DNA of 64,000 nt from Eledone cirrhosa (taxonomy: Eukaryota): positions 45,942,001-46,006,000 of the forward strand of contig OZ024752.1 of NCBI GenBank assembly GCA_964016885.1. The letters are read 5' to 3'. This document shows, in pieces, positions 28,438 through 43,003 of this stretch. Below the pieces are notes generated by a model that was not told where the DNA came from, did not search any database, and was given only the letters and a program-made list of their open reading frames with translations. The position numbers were made by a program, and so were the translations under genes. Numbering within the stretch: the stretch's first letter is position 1; each line of letters begins with the position of its first letter.

Positions 28438-28438
28438 A

Positions 28439-28492
<54 letters not shown>

Positions 28493-29110
28493 TACACAGA
28501 TATCTGGATATTACATTTCTCTATTCAGTACATCATGAACATCACTTGAGTCTTTTATATAAATGTATGACAATGATTTTGAACAACAATAGTTTGAGAT
28601 ATTGTGAATAAAGATAATATGATTGAAGATAATAATATTCGAATGAAGAAAATATAGAGTTTCGATTTCATAAATCTATTCAATGATTTTGAAACAGGTG
28701 AAATAATATAAATGTGAAGAAAATACTGGATTGTTAAAATCATCCCCGTTACAAATTGTTACGCCCTCTCCTACGCCCTCTACTACGCCTTCTCCTACTT
28801 CCACTACATTAGAACGTTCAGTCTTTCTACTTCTCTTTTAAAAAAAAAATGAAAATTTAAAAAAAAAAAAAAAAAAAACACCGTTTCCCGATTTGGAAAA
28901 TTGGATTTAAAAAAAAAACAATTCTGTTTTTGAAATATTCTGCGACATATTGCGATATTTGTAGCAAATTTTGTGATGATTTCTTGAAAAATGGCGACAT
29001 TGTTTCATGACAGGCAAACGGGTGCTGTTATTATAAATAATTATTATAATTATCATCATATTGATGGGGATAATTATAATAAATCATCTATCATTATCAT
29101 CCTCCTTCTC

Positions 29111-29145
<35 letters not shown>

Positions 29146-29923
29146 TATCATTATAATCATTACCACGCGCGTGCGTGTATGCGTGTGCGTGTGCGTGTGT
29201 GCGTGCGCGCGTGTGTGTGTGTCTATTAACCCGAATGAGTTCCAGATTTATCGCGTGTACGTGATCAATTGATGTACTGGACACAATAGTCAAATATATT
29301 GACATATGACGTGTCTATGGCATTTTTAACCCTTTAGTATTTAAACAGGCCGTATCCGGCCATGATTCTCTCACCTCTTTCTGTCAAACCTCACATTAGT
29401 TGTGGCAGTATATTGTTATCTATATTGTACTTGGTGTTTTAATATGTCGGTTAACTTTTATGTTAGTGTCTTGTTGTCGTCTGCAACACAATCATTGTTG
29501 GAGCTGGGTCTCTTTTATTAGAAGATAATGGCACTGTTTCCGGTTGGGTTGGGTGGGTTCAATAAATATATTTTCTTAAGCTTTAAACGTATCTGTCCGT
29601 GAGTTTGTTGGTGTTTTATGCAGTCTAAGGTGTGATTGAATGTGTGACGTATTTATCATTTAAACTGCAGGTCCAGACCACAAAATAAATATAATGGGTC
29701 ACGATATTAAGAAGAAAAAAACCCCTACAAAATTAAACAAATGATTCATTGTATGTTTGGATCCGAAACTCCTAATGGAGTCTTTTGGGCGCCGTTCTAA
29801 CATGCGACGTGTCTTTATCATTTGAAGTCTCTCGGGGTTTCAACATAGTCAATATTACTTCACTAGTTGTTGTTGTATATGTTATCTAGATTCTACTAGG
29901 TGTATTAGTATGTCAGTTGACTT

Positions 29924-30803
29924 TGTGAAAATACAATAGTATATATAGAGTAATGTAAATGTTATGCGAGATATTATGTGAGGTAAAGCCTTTACTGTGA
30001 AAATACAATAGTATATATAAAGTAATGTAAATGTTATGTGAGATATTATGTGAGATATTATGTAAAAATACAATAGTATATATAGAGTAATGTAAATGTT
30101 ATGTGAGATATTATGTGAGGTAAAGCCTTTACTGTGAAAATACAATAGTATATATAGAGTAATGTAAATGTTATGTGAGATATTATGTGAGGTAAAGCCT
30201 TTACTGTGAAAATACAATAGTATATATAGAGTAATGTAAATGTTATGTGAGATATTATGTGAGATATTATGTGAAAATACAATAGTATATATAGAGTAAT
30301 GTAAATGTTATGTGAGATATTATGTGAGGTAAAGCCTTTACTGTGAAAATACAATAGTATATATAGAGTAATGTAAATGTTATGTGAGATATTATGTGAG
30401 ATATTATGTAAAAATACAATAGTATATATAGAGTAATGTAAATGTTATGTGAGATATTATGTGAGGTAAAGCCTTTACTGTGAAAATACAATAGTATATA
30501 TAGAGTAATGTAAATGTTATGTGAGATATTATGTGAGGTAAAGCCTTTACTATGAAAATACAATAGTATATATAGAGTAATGTAAATGTTATGTGAGATA
30601 TTATGTGAGGTAAAGCCTTTACTGTGAAAATACAATAGTAAATATAGAGTAATGTAAATGTTATGTGAGATATTATGTGAGGTAAAGCCTTTACTATGAA
30701 AATACAATAGTATATATAGAGTAATGTAAATGTTATGTGAGATATTATGTGAGGTAAAACCTTTACTGTGAAAATACAATAGTAAATATAGAGTAATGTA
30801 AAT
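29924..30803. repeat. 72-bp (and 65-bp variant) AT-rich minisatellite
   Basis: tgtgaaaatacaatagtatatatagagtaatgtaaatgttatgtgagatattatgtgaggtaaagcctttac, ~12-13 copies. Confidence 0.95.
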
Positions 30804-31144
30804 GGTAACGGGTTAAAACTCAAATTTCATTTTGACCATAAATACTTTAGCAAGATAATTCACAGAATGTCTAGGAAATGTGACATGGCACTTGCCTCAA
30901 AGATTTGAGCAGTTCTTAAAATACCCTTTAAATCATCCATTCGTCTTCTACTTTACTCAGCTCAATTCCATTACGATTTCCCCACCCCAGCTCTACTATA
31001 CAGGGGGGGGGGGGGGCAGCTGTATCTTAAACTACTGAATGTCTCTGGATTTCATCGAATACTTACCTGATCACCTGTCAATACACCCCCCCCCCTTCCG
31101 TCGTTCCACTTAAAGTACGCAGCTGCCATTATCTCGACTGCAGC

Positions 31145-31491
31145 CGCCATCACCATCATCATCACCATCATCAACATCATCATCATTATCATCATCACCA
31201 TCATCACTATAACTATAACTCCTTATCACCACCGTCACCACCATCAACGTCATTATCACCACCACCTCCATCACAATCACTACCCCCCCCCCCCCCCCCC
31301 CTCCCTCTTCACCACCGCCACTACCATCAACATCACCACGATCACCACCATTGCCACCACCACCACCACCATCAATATCACAACAATCACCACCATCAAC
31401 ATCATTATCACTACAATTACCATCACCTCTACTACTACTACTACTACCACTACTACTACTACTACTACCACCACTACTACTACCACCACTT

Positions 31492-31522
<31 letters not shown>

Positions 31523-31629
31523 TTCTACTACTACTACTACAACTACTACTACTACTACCACCACTACCACTACCGCCACCACATCTGCTACTACTACCAC
31601 TACCACTACTACTACCGTCACCACATCTG

Positions 31630-31660
<31 letters not shown>

Positions 31661-31667
31661 CGCCACA
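31145..31667. repeat. CAT/ACC/ACT trinucleotide tracts
   Basis: Visible. Confidence 0.9.
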
Positions 31668-32507
31668 CTTAGTAGGCTATCATCATGTGCCCTATTCAAC
31701 AGCTAATCCTTTATCGGCCGTCTGACCCCTAAATCTAACCCCTAAATATGTAGTCAACAAACAAACCAGTAATTTTCTTTAATTGGCACCTGTTTCACTC
31801 TCTCTCTTCTCCTCTTCCGGACACCTCCATCTGTGTGTCTGTGTATGTGTGTGTGTGTATCTGTGTGTGTCTGTGTATGTGTGTGTCTGTGTGTATGTGT
31901 ATGTGTGTGTGTGTGTGTGTCTGTGTGTCTGTGTGTGTGTCTGTGTGTCTGTGTATGTGTGTGTCTGTGTGTATGTGTGTGTGTGTGTGTCTGTGTGTGT
32001 CTCTGTGTGTGTGTCTGTGTGTCTGTGTGTCTGTGTGTGTGTATGTGTGTGTCTGTGTGTCTGTGTGTGTATATGTGTGTGTGTGTCTGTGTGTGTCTGT
32101 GTGTGTCTCTGTGTGTGTGTCTGTGTGTCTGTGTGTGTGTATGTGTGTGTCTGTGTGTCTGTGTGTGTATATGTGTGTGTGTGTATGTGTGTGTCTGTGT
32201 GTCTGTGTGTGTGTCTGTGTGTCTGTGTGTGTATATGTGTGTGTGTGTATGTGTGTGTCTGTGTGTCTGTGTGTGTGTCTGTGTGTGTGTGTGTGTCTAC
32301 AAGCCCATCCTTCTTTTTCTCTCTTTCCACCCTCTTCTTCCTTTCTCTCTCATCTTAAATTATTTCACACCTTTTAATTAACTACCTACCTTAGCGTTTA
32401 TTGTTATTAAATACACCACTCTCTCTATATATATATATCCCTCCCTCTCTCTCTCTCTATATATATATATCCCTCCCTCTCTCTCTCTATATATATATAT
32501 ATCCCCC

Positions 32508-32542
<35 letters not shown>

Positions 32543-32564
32543 GTACATACATATAATTATACAT

Positions 32565-32692
32565 CGACAGTCGATTGACTTTCGCCAAATCGGACCGGGT
32601 CTTTCCAATTGCTAGTACTGTCTAACGGTCACAACTCCAGGTAGAAGGAGCAACGTGAAATAAAGTGTCTTGCTCAAGGACATAACACATCG
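32565..32692 (-). mobile_element. CORE-like SINE fragment (also 46985-47142 -, 36405-36540 +, 58205-58320 +)
   Basis: gttatgtccttgagcaagacactttatttcacgttgctcc central domain resembling CORE-SINEs. Confidence 0.7.
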
Positions 32693-33158
32693 GTGGTGAC
32701 CCTGGTCTGAAGTTCAATCCTGGTCGGGGGAAGGGTTCCTCGTAAGTCTTTTCAGTTTTTTTCTATTGGTTGTAAAATAAAAACTGAAAAAAAGATTACA
32801 TGTACCTCTTGACCAGGATTGAACCCAAGACCAGGATCTCCACCGTCTCCAGTACCTACCACTGGGCCACGGAGACGACTACGAAAATCTTATGAAAATT
32901 CATACTTATAAACCTACTTTCAAAATTTTCAAAACAAAGTGTTGTGGTGTCGTTCATGTCTTTCTTTATCTTATTGCTCCTACTTAAGGTCGACTTCTAA
33001 AACATTTGGGTGTTCCATAAACTACATCCTCGTTTTGTTTCTCATCTATCTAGACTATATTTTAACCTGTAATCCATGTTTCGTGTCTGTTGCACCTCGT
33101 TTCTCCCCCCCTCTCTCTTTCTCTTGGGCAACCTGGAAACCTAACCAGTCCACCACTG

Positions 33159-33196
<38 letters not shown>

Positions 33197-33200
<4 letters not shown>

Positions 33201-33402
33201 AACGAGTAGGAACCCGACGGCTGAGCTCAAGACGTTTCGACGGCTAATTCTAGACGTAATTCAGTCCAGAATTAGCCGTCGAAACGGCTTGAGCTCAGCC
33301 GTCGGGGGTCCTACTCGTTCCTATTACCCACTCTACTACCCTAAGTATTGAGTACTTTGGTGCGTTATGGTCCATCTGGTTCCTTACCACATTTCCTTCG
33401 TT
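33197..33402 (+). mobile_element. Family A fold-back element in (TA)n
   Basis: Inverted arms; GAA-ACGGCT tgagctc AGCCGT-C (33281-33303), gggggtc, conserved tail. Confidence 0.8.
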
Positions 33403-33414
33403 ATATATATATAT

Positions 33415-33518
<104 letters not shown>

Positions 33519-33626
33519 GTAGCTGGAAATAGCACTGAAAATATATTTAAGGATCTGTTTTTCTTTTTTTCCTTTTCTTTGATTCGTCAAAGTGGCATTA
33601 TTGAAAAAATGAGAGGGACAATTCTT

Positions 33627-33968
33627 TATAAAGTATATAAAGTATATAAAGTATATAAAGTATATAAAGTATGTAAAGTATATAAAGTATATAAAGTATA
33701 TAAAGTATATAAAGTATGTAAAGTATATAAAGTATATAAAGTATATAAAGTATGTAAAGTATATAAAGTATGTAAAGTATATAAAGTATATAAAGTATAT
33801 AAAGTATGTAAAGTATATAAAGTATATAAAGTATATAAAGTATATAAAGTATATAAAGTATGTAAAGTATATAAAGTATATAAAGTATATAAAGTATGTA
33901 AAGTATATAAAGTATGTAAAGTATATAAAGTATATAAAGTATGTAAAGTATATAAAGTATATAAAGTA
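33627..33968. repeat. 9-bp tandem repeat (tataaagta)n
   Basis: Visible; explains the VYK ORF. Confidence 0.95.
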
Positions 33969-34475
33969 CATATATAATGTTGTGTAGTAAGTTAATATTT
34001 TGTGTGAAACACTACATGTGGTACTTACATAGTCAGTGATGGTTAAAAGACTTAAAACACTCCTAAAATCCTAAAATGTTAAAAATAGCCCCCCATTACA
34101 TTAAAAATGCTTCTCAGACTCACAGAAAAATAAACACTGTGTCATGGCACCTGCTTCAGACAGTGAATGGAATACTGAACTTGGTCAAAATTTCATTTTC
34201 ATTTCAAATTAATGCAATTGTGTTGAATAATTGATTAGAAATCTTTCCACGTCAACATATATTGATCAATATTTGGAATACCCATCAGAAATTTTAAAAT
34301 AATTTTCACAATTTATAAAATTATTTCATGTATTTAATGTTTGTCTTGTTTAAATTTTAGTTGTTTAACATTTTTCATGACTTCAGGATGTCTTCTACAT
34401 AATTCATGTATAGAATATTTATATAAACTTTGATATAACATTTGAGGATATATATATAGAGAGAGAGAGCGAGAA

Positions 34476-34885
34476 GGACGTCAGAGGTTTCCACTGTTAT
34501 AGGTTACAGGTTCACACAGGTCTCATTCTTGAGGGTGACCAATTCCACAGAGATGGCAGGGAGTAGGTCGGGGATGGGGGTAGGGGTCTTGGGGGACCTA
34601 GGACGTCAGAAGTTTCCACACTGCTTTAGGTTATAGGTTCACACAAATCTCATACTTGAGAATGACCAATTCCATAGAGATGGCAGGGAGTAGGTGTGAG
34701 AGTGGGGTGTCTTAGGGACCCAGGGTGTCAGAAGTTTCCACACTGCTTTAGGTTATAAGTTCACACAAATCTCATACTTGAGAATGACCAATTCCATAGA
34801 GATGGCAGGGAGTAGGTGTGAGAGTGGGGTGTCTTAGGGACCCAGGGTGTCAGAAGTTTCCACACTGTTATAGGTTATAGGTTCA
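34476..34885. repeat. ~125-bp tandem triplication
   Basis: gtcagaagtttccacactg...ggttataggttcacac...gaccaattccatagagatggcagggagtaggt, 3 copies plus a partial. Confidence 0.85.
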
Positions 34886-35966
34886 ATAATAAACTTATCA
34901 GAAAAGCAGGTAGGTACTTTTCAACAGCCTGCTTTACTGGGCCAACCCACTAAGTGTAACGACAGACAGAAAATAATTATACCCATAGATGGCAGAGATG
35001 CAGGGCATGAGGGCATGAGGGCATGTTTACACCATAGATCTTCTCTTATATATTCTAGTGACTTTAAAAATAAACATATGTCATTTCACTGCAAACAAGT
35101 AAAACTTGTGTGGTGTGAAATAGTAAAAACAAATACGTAGAAAACGGTGCGGCCCAGCTGTTGACCAAGGAAACGTCAGTTAAAGGAGGAGGGTTGTGGT
35201 GTTAGAGAAGGGGTGGGGTGGAGATGTTAGAGAGAGGTGGTGGAGATATTAGAGGGGGAGGGGTGGGGATGTTAGAGAGAGGGTGGTGGTGGAGATGTTA
35301 GAGAGGGTGGTAAAGGTGGTGGTGGAGATGTTAGAGAGGTGGTGGTGGAGATGTTAGAGAGGATGGTGGTGGTGGTGGTGGAGATGTTAGAGAGGGTGGT
35401 GATGGTGGTGGTGGAGATGTTAGAGAGGTGGTGGTGGAGATGTTAGAGAGGATGGTGGTGGTGGTGGTGGTGGTGGTGGAGATGTTAGAGAGGGTGGTGG
35501 TTGTGGTGGTGGTGATGTTAGAGAGGGGATGGTGGATATGTTAGAGAAGGTGGTGGTGGTGGTGGTGGTGTTAGAGAGGTGGCGGTGGAGATGTTAAAAA
35601 GGTGGTGGTGGTGGTGGTGGTGGTGGAGATGTTAAAGAAGGGGAGAGGGTGTTTTAAAGAATGAGGTGGGGAAGATGTCTAAGAAAATAATTCATTTGTG
35701 TATTTATCAGCAAACTAACCCGATTGGTGGCAGGAACTTCAACTATAAGTTAATTCCCACTAGAGGGAGTCTTGATCTGTGTCAAAGTGATAGAACTAAC
35801 TAGTGGTACCTCGACGTAATCAACAAATCTGCTAGAAAAAACAGCTAAATTCCTCTCAAACAGTATTGGATTAAAACGGGAAAGATATACAATGTCTTAA
35901 TAAAAATAACAACTCAGCAATGCTAGAATAGATGTCACCATCAACCACCCTTCTAGACACACACAC

Positions 35967-36003
<37 letters not shown>

Positions 36004-36006
36004 TAG

Positions 36007-36041
<35 letters not shown>

Positions 36042-36626
36042 GGTGTGTTTGTGTAGGTATATATAGGTGTGTGTGTATGTAGCAAGGGCTTAGAAAGCTC
36101 CAGCAACAGAGTTTGGGAAAGACTAAATATAAACAAAGCGAAAACAAAGATTAACAAACATTTAATAATCTAATATTTCGAGTGAAAAATGTTCCTTTTT
36201 ACTCGAAATAGCGGATTATTTAATGTTTTAAAAAACTTTTTTGGCTTCTTGTTCATCTTTATATTTAATCTTTCCAGAAATGTGTTGTCTTATTCCGCAA
36301 TGCTTCAAGCAAAACTATACATCAGTCTTGTCCTCTTACTATATATATATCAAATTGAATCGCAGTTAGGATCGATCAAATCTTATACTACACTCTCTTT
36401 GTTTGTAGTGGTTAGAGTCTCAGGCTTGCAATAGTGAAGTTTGGAGTTCAATACTCCGACCGAGCTGCTGTTTGTGTTATGTCCTTAAGCAAGACATTTT
36501 ATTTCACGTTGTTCCAGTTTACTCAGCTGTAGAAATGAATTGTGTGTGTGTGTGTGTGTGTGTGGTAAGTATTTCCGAAGAAAAAGCAAAGGAATAAAGA
36601 GTGCTCTATGTATAATATGCTAACTT

Positions 36627-36692
36627 TTCATCCGAAGAGCGAACTAGACGTATGGTAATATTGTCTAGGATCCTGAAACCTTTGGTAATGGA
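36627..36692 (+). ncRNA. Hammerhead-like motif with CCGAAGA core variant
   Basis: ttcat-CCGAAGA-...ctagac...gtctag...-GAA-ACC ttt GGT-A-atgga. Inverted tail (aaagagtgctctatgta) upstream; related 3' half at 59750-59770(-). Confidence 0.45.
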
Positions 36693-36726
36693 GTAGTCAT
36701 ATATTGTGTTGTTTACTTTCTAATTA

Positions 36727-36795
<69 letters not shown>

Positions 36796-37130
36796 TGTTG
36801 GTCCAGGGTTGCTTATTCGCCTGGCAGTTGCCCGCTTATATCGTAACTAACCATCATATCCGGTGGCCATATTGCTATCCACCACCGGCGACCCGTTCTC
36901 TAGCAGAAGTTTAAAGTCAATTTAATGTTAAAATTGACAGACGCCATGTTTGTCAAAAGTTTAAAGTCAATTTAATGTTAAAATTGTTTTGTAAGAAAAG
37001 GTTTTTCCATCAGTTAATTTTTTTATTTTATTTTATTTTATTTTATTTTATTTTATTATGTCTGTTTGTTTGTTTTGTTTTTGTCAGATTTGCAACAGTT
37101 TAAATAACAATTTTAGTTTATTTTCTTGTA

Positions 37131-37255
<125 letters not shown>

Positions 37256-37487
37256 GAGAAAGATTTACAGTTTTTTTCCCTCCTTTTAGTGGTAATCTTT
37301 ATTTTAACAGTTTTTCTCTCTTTTTCATCATCACCATCACCATCATCACCCCCACTATCACCACCAACATCATCATCATGCTTCATATTAATGTTCCTTG
37401 TTCGTTTGACCAAACTTTACAACGAAAATATACCAAAAACATCATTGATTGTTTGTTTGTTTGTTTTTTCCTTGGCACCAAACTAAG

Positions 37488-37564
<77 letters not shown>

Positions 37565-37691
37565 TGAGTGTGTGTGTGTATGTGAGTGTGTGTGTGTGTA
37601 TGTGTGTGCGTGCTTGTGTGAGTGTGTGCGTGCGATTTTGTATGTGTGTGTTTAGTTATACGTGAGGATATCTTACATATTTGTGTGTGTG

Positions 37692-37764
<73 letters not shown>

Positions 37765-38627
37765 TTATGAGGAAGTAAAAATAATCCATCAATCTGTTAA
37801 TCAATTAAACCAATATTCTATAAATCAAATGCTGCATTTACCAAAATTTATAGCTTCAATTACTCCATTTTTCACTCTAGACCGATATATTAAAATATGT
37901 GGTGTAGCGTGGTGTGGTGTGGTGTTGTATTGTGTGGTGTAGTGTTGTGGAGTGTGGTGGTGTGAGGTTCACTGTGGTGTTGTGTTGTGGGGTGTGGTGT
38001 TGTATTGTGTGGTGTGATGTAGTGTGGCGTAGTGTAATGTAGTGTGGTTTGGTGTGGCGTGATATGTGGTGTAGTGTGGTGTGATATAGTCTCGTGTGGT
38101 GTGGTCTGGTGTGGTGTGGTGTGGTGTGGTGTGGTGTGGTGGTGTGGCGTGATATGTGGTGTAGTGTGGTGTGATATAGTCTCGTGTGGTGTGGTCTGGT
38201 GTGGTCTGGTGTGGTGTGGTGTGGTGTGGTGTGGTGTGGTGGTGTGGTGTAGTGTGATCATCAACGACAATACAGTCAGTGCAGGCAGGGTCCGTGTTTA
38301 GTCTGTGTTAGACCCTAACCACTGAAAATATGATAGTCCTCCCCTCTTCTACATATGTCGTCTGCAAACAATTTTTGTAGTAGCAAATATATTTCATTTG
38401 AATAAAATTCTTTACATTAAAACGACATAAATGTATCTACTATAAACTTATTCAATTTCATCCGATCTAACTGTCGAAACGGCCAGAGCTCAGCCGTCGG
38501 GGTCCCGACTCTTTTCCTATATATATAAGTAGAGTTTAAATTTTCTTTATTATGGCGAAGTGATGCGTCTTGTTACTCTGGACTTACAACTCTGTACTCA
38601 CAGAATCCTGAGTACAATATCGATTAA

Positions 38628-39280
38628 CACCACCACCACCACCATCACCACCACAACCACCACAACCACCACCACAACCACCACTACCATCACCACCACA
38701 ACCACTACTACTACCACAGCCACTACTACCATCACCACCACTACCACCACTACCACAACCACCACCATCATCACCACCACAACCGCTACTACCACAACCA
38801 CCATCACCACCACAACCACCACCACCACAACCACCACTACCATCACTACCACAACCACCACAACCACTACTACCACAACCACCACAACCACTACTACCAC
38901 CACCACCACAACCACTACTACCATCACCACCACCACCACTACCACCACCACCACAACCACTACTACCACCACCACCACAACCACTACTACCACCACAACC
39001 ACAACCACTACTACCACCACCACCACAACCACTACTACCATCACCACCACCACAACCTCTACTACCATCACCACCACAACCACCACCACCACCACAACCA
39101 CTACTACCATTACCACCACCACAACCACTACTACCATCACCACCACAACCACCACTACCACCACCACCACAACCACCACAACCACCACCACCACAATCAC
39201 CACTACCACCACTACTATTATTACACTGATAACAACTACCACTACAAAAACAACAGTAATAACATCTATCATAACAACAA
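38628..39280. repeat. (ACC/ACA/ACT)n tract
   Basis: Visible. Confidence 0.95.
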
Positions 39281-39476
39281 CAAGGAGACGAAAGACGCAA
39301 GAATACTGGTAGAATGATGTGTTATTAGCTCATAGTTTCCCCAGGGAGACTTCACAAAGAACATTTTCAACAAATACACTTGTTGGTAAAACTATATTTA
39401 AATATATTTTCTAATAGATACTTCTAATATATATATGTGTGAGGTGTTCTGATAGGGTTGTTTATGATAAAGTTAC

Positions 39477-39572
<96 letters not shown>

Positions 39573-40708
39573 TGTCTGTCCGTGCGTGTGTGTGTGTCTC
39601 TGTCTGTCAGTGTGTCTGCCTGTGTGTCTGTTTAGTCTTGAATTAAGAACTTTAACCCTTTTGTTATCGTATTTCTAATGAAATAACCGCTAATGTGTAA
39701 AAAAAAAGTCTAAAATCTGTCTCAATCCCGGAGACTCACCAGGTCAGGTCCTTATTCCGTGGGGTTAAGCGACTGAGAGTACAAAGGTCCCCCTGGAGAG
39801 GATCCCAGTCCATCGCAGGCTTAAAACTCCAACTATTGCTTCCTACTCTGCACGTTTAGAATCACCCCCCCCCCCACGCACATATATATTTCGATCACAT
39901 GCAAACGTATGAAATAAATGAAAGTACATCAGCATTGAGATGTATGTGTGTGTGTGTGTGTGTGTCTATGTGAGTCTCTGTGTGTGTATGTGTGTGTGTG
40001 TGTGCTTATGTGAGTGAGTGTGTGTGTGTGTGCGTAAGTATGTCTGTGTCAATGTGAGTGTATGTGTGTGTGAGTGCGCGTTTGTGCGTGTGTGTGTGTA
40101 TAGAGGAAGATAGTGACGTGAAGTATGCGTCTGTGTGTTTATGTGAGTGGGTGTGTGTGTCTGTGTGTGTGAGTGCGTGTTTGTGTGTGTCTATGTGAGT
40201 GAGTGTGTGTGAGTGAGTGTCTGTTTGTGCGCGTGTGTGTGAGAGTGCGTGTTTGTGTATGTCTATGTGAGTGTGTGTGTGTATGTGTGTGTGTGTGTGT
40301 GTGTGCGTGTGTGTGTGAGTGCGTATTTGTGTGTGTATGTGTGCGTGTGTGTGTGTGAGTGCGTGTTTGTGTGTGTCTATGTAAGTGAGTGTATGTGTGT
40401 GTGTGTGTGAGAGAGAGAGTGCGTGTTTGTGCATGTATAGAGGAAGATAGCGACGTGAAGTATGCGCGTGTGTGTGTGTGCGTGTGTGTATGAGTGAGTG
40501 CGTGTTTGTGCATGCGTGTGTGTGTGTATATATAGAGGAATATAGTGACGTGGAGTATGCGTGTGTGTAATGAACTGTTCAAATAAACATGATCACCGTG
40601 GATAGAAGCGACGAGACCGAATGTCTGTCGCAGTCTGGAGAGTATTGAACGGGTATCTTGGAATTCCCAGATGGTTTTAAACGTAAATACCTCGCGTTTC
40701 CTCTTCCA

Positions 40709-40812
<104 letters not shown>

Positions 40813-40913
40813 GTGTGTGTGAAAGCACGTAGCTAAGTAGCCAGGCCGTTCCAATTCACGATGGTCGTCAGTTCGACTGCCAGCCACCCGCTCTGCCCTT
40901 GAGCAAGAAACCG

Positions 40914-40969
<56 letters not shown>

Positions 40970-40987
40970 ATTGGTAAACATTTATAA

Positions 40988-41169
40988 AATAATTGTTTCT
41001 ACTTTAAGCACAAGGCCAGCAATTACCCGGTGCATTACTGGTACTTTATTTTATCGACCCCGTAAGGATGAAAGGCAAAGTCAACCTCGACGGGATTTGA
41101 ACTCAGACCGTAAAGGGACGTAACTATGCTGGAAAGCATGGCGTCCGACCCTCTACCTATACTGCCAAT
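40988..41169 (-). mobile_element. Octopod tRNA-derived SINE
   Basis: Body and head on minus strand. Confidence 0.88.
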
Positions 41170-41278
41170 GAAACCAGACAAACAAACATACATACATACA
41201 TACATACATACATACATACATACGCACATGATGGCTGCCCCCACTCCCCGTTATCTTATACAATTGCCTTTCTTAGTT

Positions 41279-41383
<105 letters not shown>

Positions 41384-41384
41384 G

Positions 41385-41643
41385 GATTATATACAAGCTT
41401 CTACATAACTTGGACATTATTTTTCCCACCTTGTAGAAATCTTATAACGAAACGATCGTATGGAAAGAAAGAGAGATTTATTTAATTATGTCTCATATAA
41501 AATAATACAACCAACTATCCACGGAATACTATTTAGTTAGCACCCCAAACACATAATTGGGATTATACCCAGGTATATCCTAATGTTTGTGAGTGAGATG
41601 GAGTTGGTCGGAGTATCGCTTAAAGCTTTCTCTGTTAATGTAT

Positions 41644-41648
<5 letters not shown>
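41385..41648 (+). mobile_element. Family D TA-anchored repeat with half minimal hammerhead
   Basis: GAAAC gatc GT A tggaaag (palindromic stem III) after ttctaca...tgtagaa stem; homologous to 3775-4030(-); flanked by (TA)n. Confidence 0.6.
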
Positions 41649-41718
<70 letters not shown>

Positions 41719-41890
41719 TTCAAGGAGACAACAAACAGAGGTACAAAAAGTCTTATTAGTTTCACGCTTTATACTGGAAAGAAGAAAGAAAGTTTGACGC
41801 GTCAGGCTTCAGGCCTTCCTTAGGAGTACAAAATAGAGACAGAATTACAGTGGAGAAATAGATAAAAAGGACCGAAAAAGATACACACAT

Positions 41891-41961
<71 letters not shown>

Positions 41962-42014
41962 TATATATATATACACATATATATATATATACACATATAT
42001 ATATATACAGATAT

Positions 42015-42231
42015 ACGAAGGAAATGTGGTAAGGAACCAGGTGGACCATAACGCACCAAAGTACTCAATACTTAGGGTAGTAGAGTGGGTAATAGGAACG
42101 AGTAGGACCCCGACGGCTGAGCTCAAGCCGTTTCGACGGCTAATTCTGGAATACAGTACATTACTGGTACTTTAGTCCAGAATTAGCCGTCGAAACGGCT
42201 TGAGCTCAGCCGTCGGGGTCCTACTCGTTCC
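42015..42231 (-). mobile_element. Family A fold-back element with TSD
   Basis: Inverted arms around a ~25-nt spacer; direct repeat tatatacagatata on both flanks. Confidence 0.85.
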
Positions 42232-42393
42232 TATATACAGATATATATATATATACACATATATATATACACACACACACACATATATTATATACAAGTT
42301 GTTGTCCCCCCCCCCCCCCAAAAAAAAAACCGTATACACACTTCAGCAGCATTCTAATCAAAGTTTATATACATTTACAGGGGGACACCCTGT

Positions 42394-42430
<37 letters not shown>

Positions 42431-42807
42431 CTGCTTTATTTATATTTATATGCATACATCCATTAGTAAGAAATATATTTGAAAGCTGTGAGGAGAGGAA
42501 GACGGCGGTGGGCTCGGGACTACATATCTTCCTTTAATCATTACAGATGCGGTAAAGTTGAAAGTAAGGAGCTGAAAAAGGTGATTTTTTTTTAAAGGGT
42601 CAACGAGTTAAATGGAGTTGACGAAGCCCTGAAGCAAGGGTCTGTTAGTTTATAGATCCCTTTTTAAGTACTCCCCCCCCCCACTTTCCCTTGCTTGTAT
42701 ATTCTATCATTGTTAACATACGTGCGTGTCTAAAGAGATAAATGTGTGTATATAATATAATATATATTTATTTATGCATCAATATGTATATACAATGTAT
42801 AATACTC

Positions 42808-43003
42808 ATAATAATGTTTGTTTCTACTTTAGGCACAAGGCCAGCAATTATCCCCAGTACATTACTGGTACTTTATTTTATCGACCCCGTAAGGATGAAA
42901 GGCAAAGTTAACGTCGGCGGGATTTGAACTTAGAACATAAGGGGCCGTAACTCTATGCCGCAAAGCATGGTGTCCGACCCGCTACTGATACTGCCAATTC
43001 ACC
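42808..43003 (-). mobile_element. Octopod tRNA-derived SINE
   Basis: Full body on minus strand. Confidence 0.88.

Noticed and set aside
29760-29790. GAA-ACTCC taat GGAGT-C stem III-like hairpin
   Set aside because: No CUGAnGA or stem II upstream and no second copy in the window
38560-39312. Mucin-like poly-Thr ORFs (also 11384-12001) and poly-His ORF 56254-57258
   Set aside because: Trinucleotide tracts typical of this genome, with no credible exon boundaries
41790-41830. Minus-strand ctaagga-aggc..gcct-gacgcgtc resembling a minimal hammerhead
   Set aside because: Both core segments mutated and no stem I; too degenerate to call
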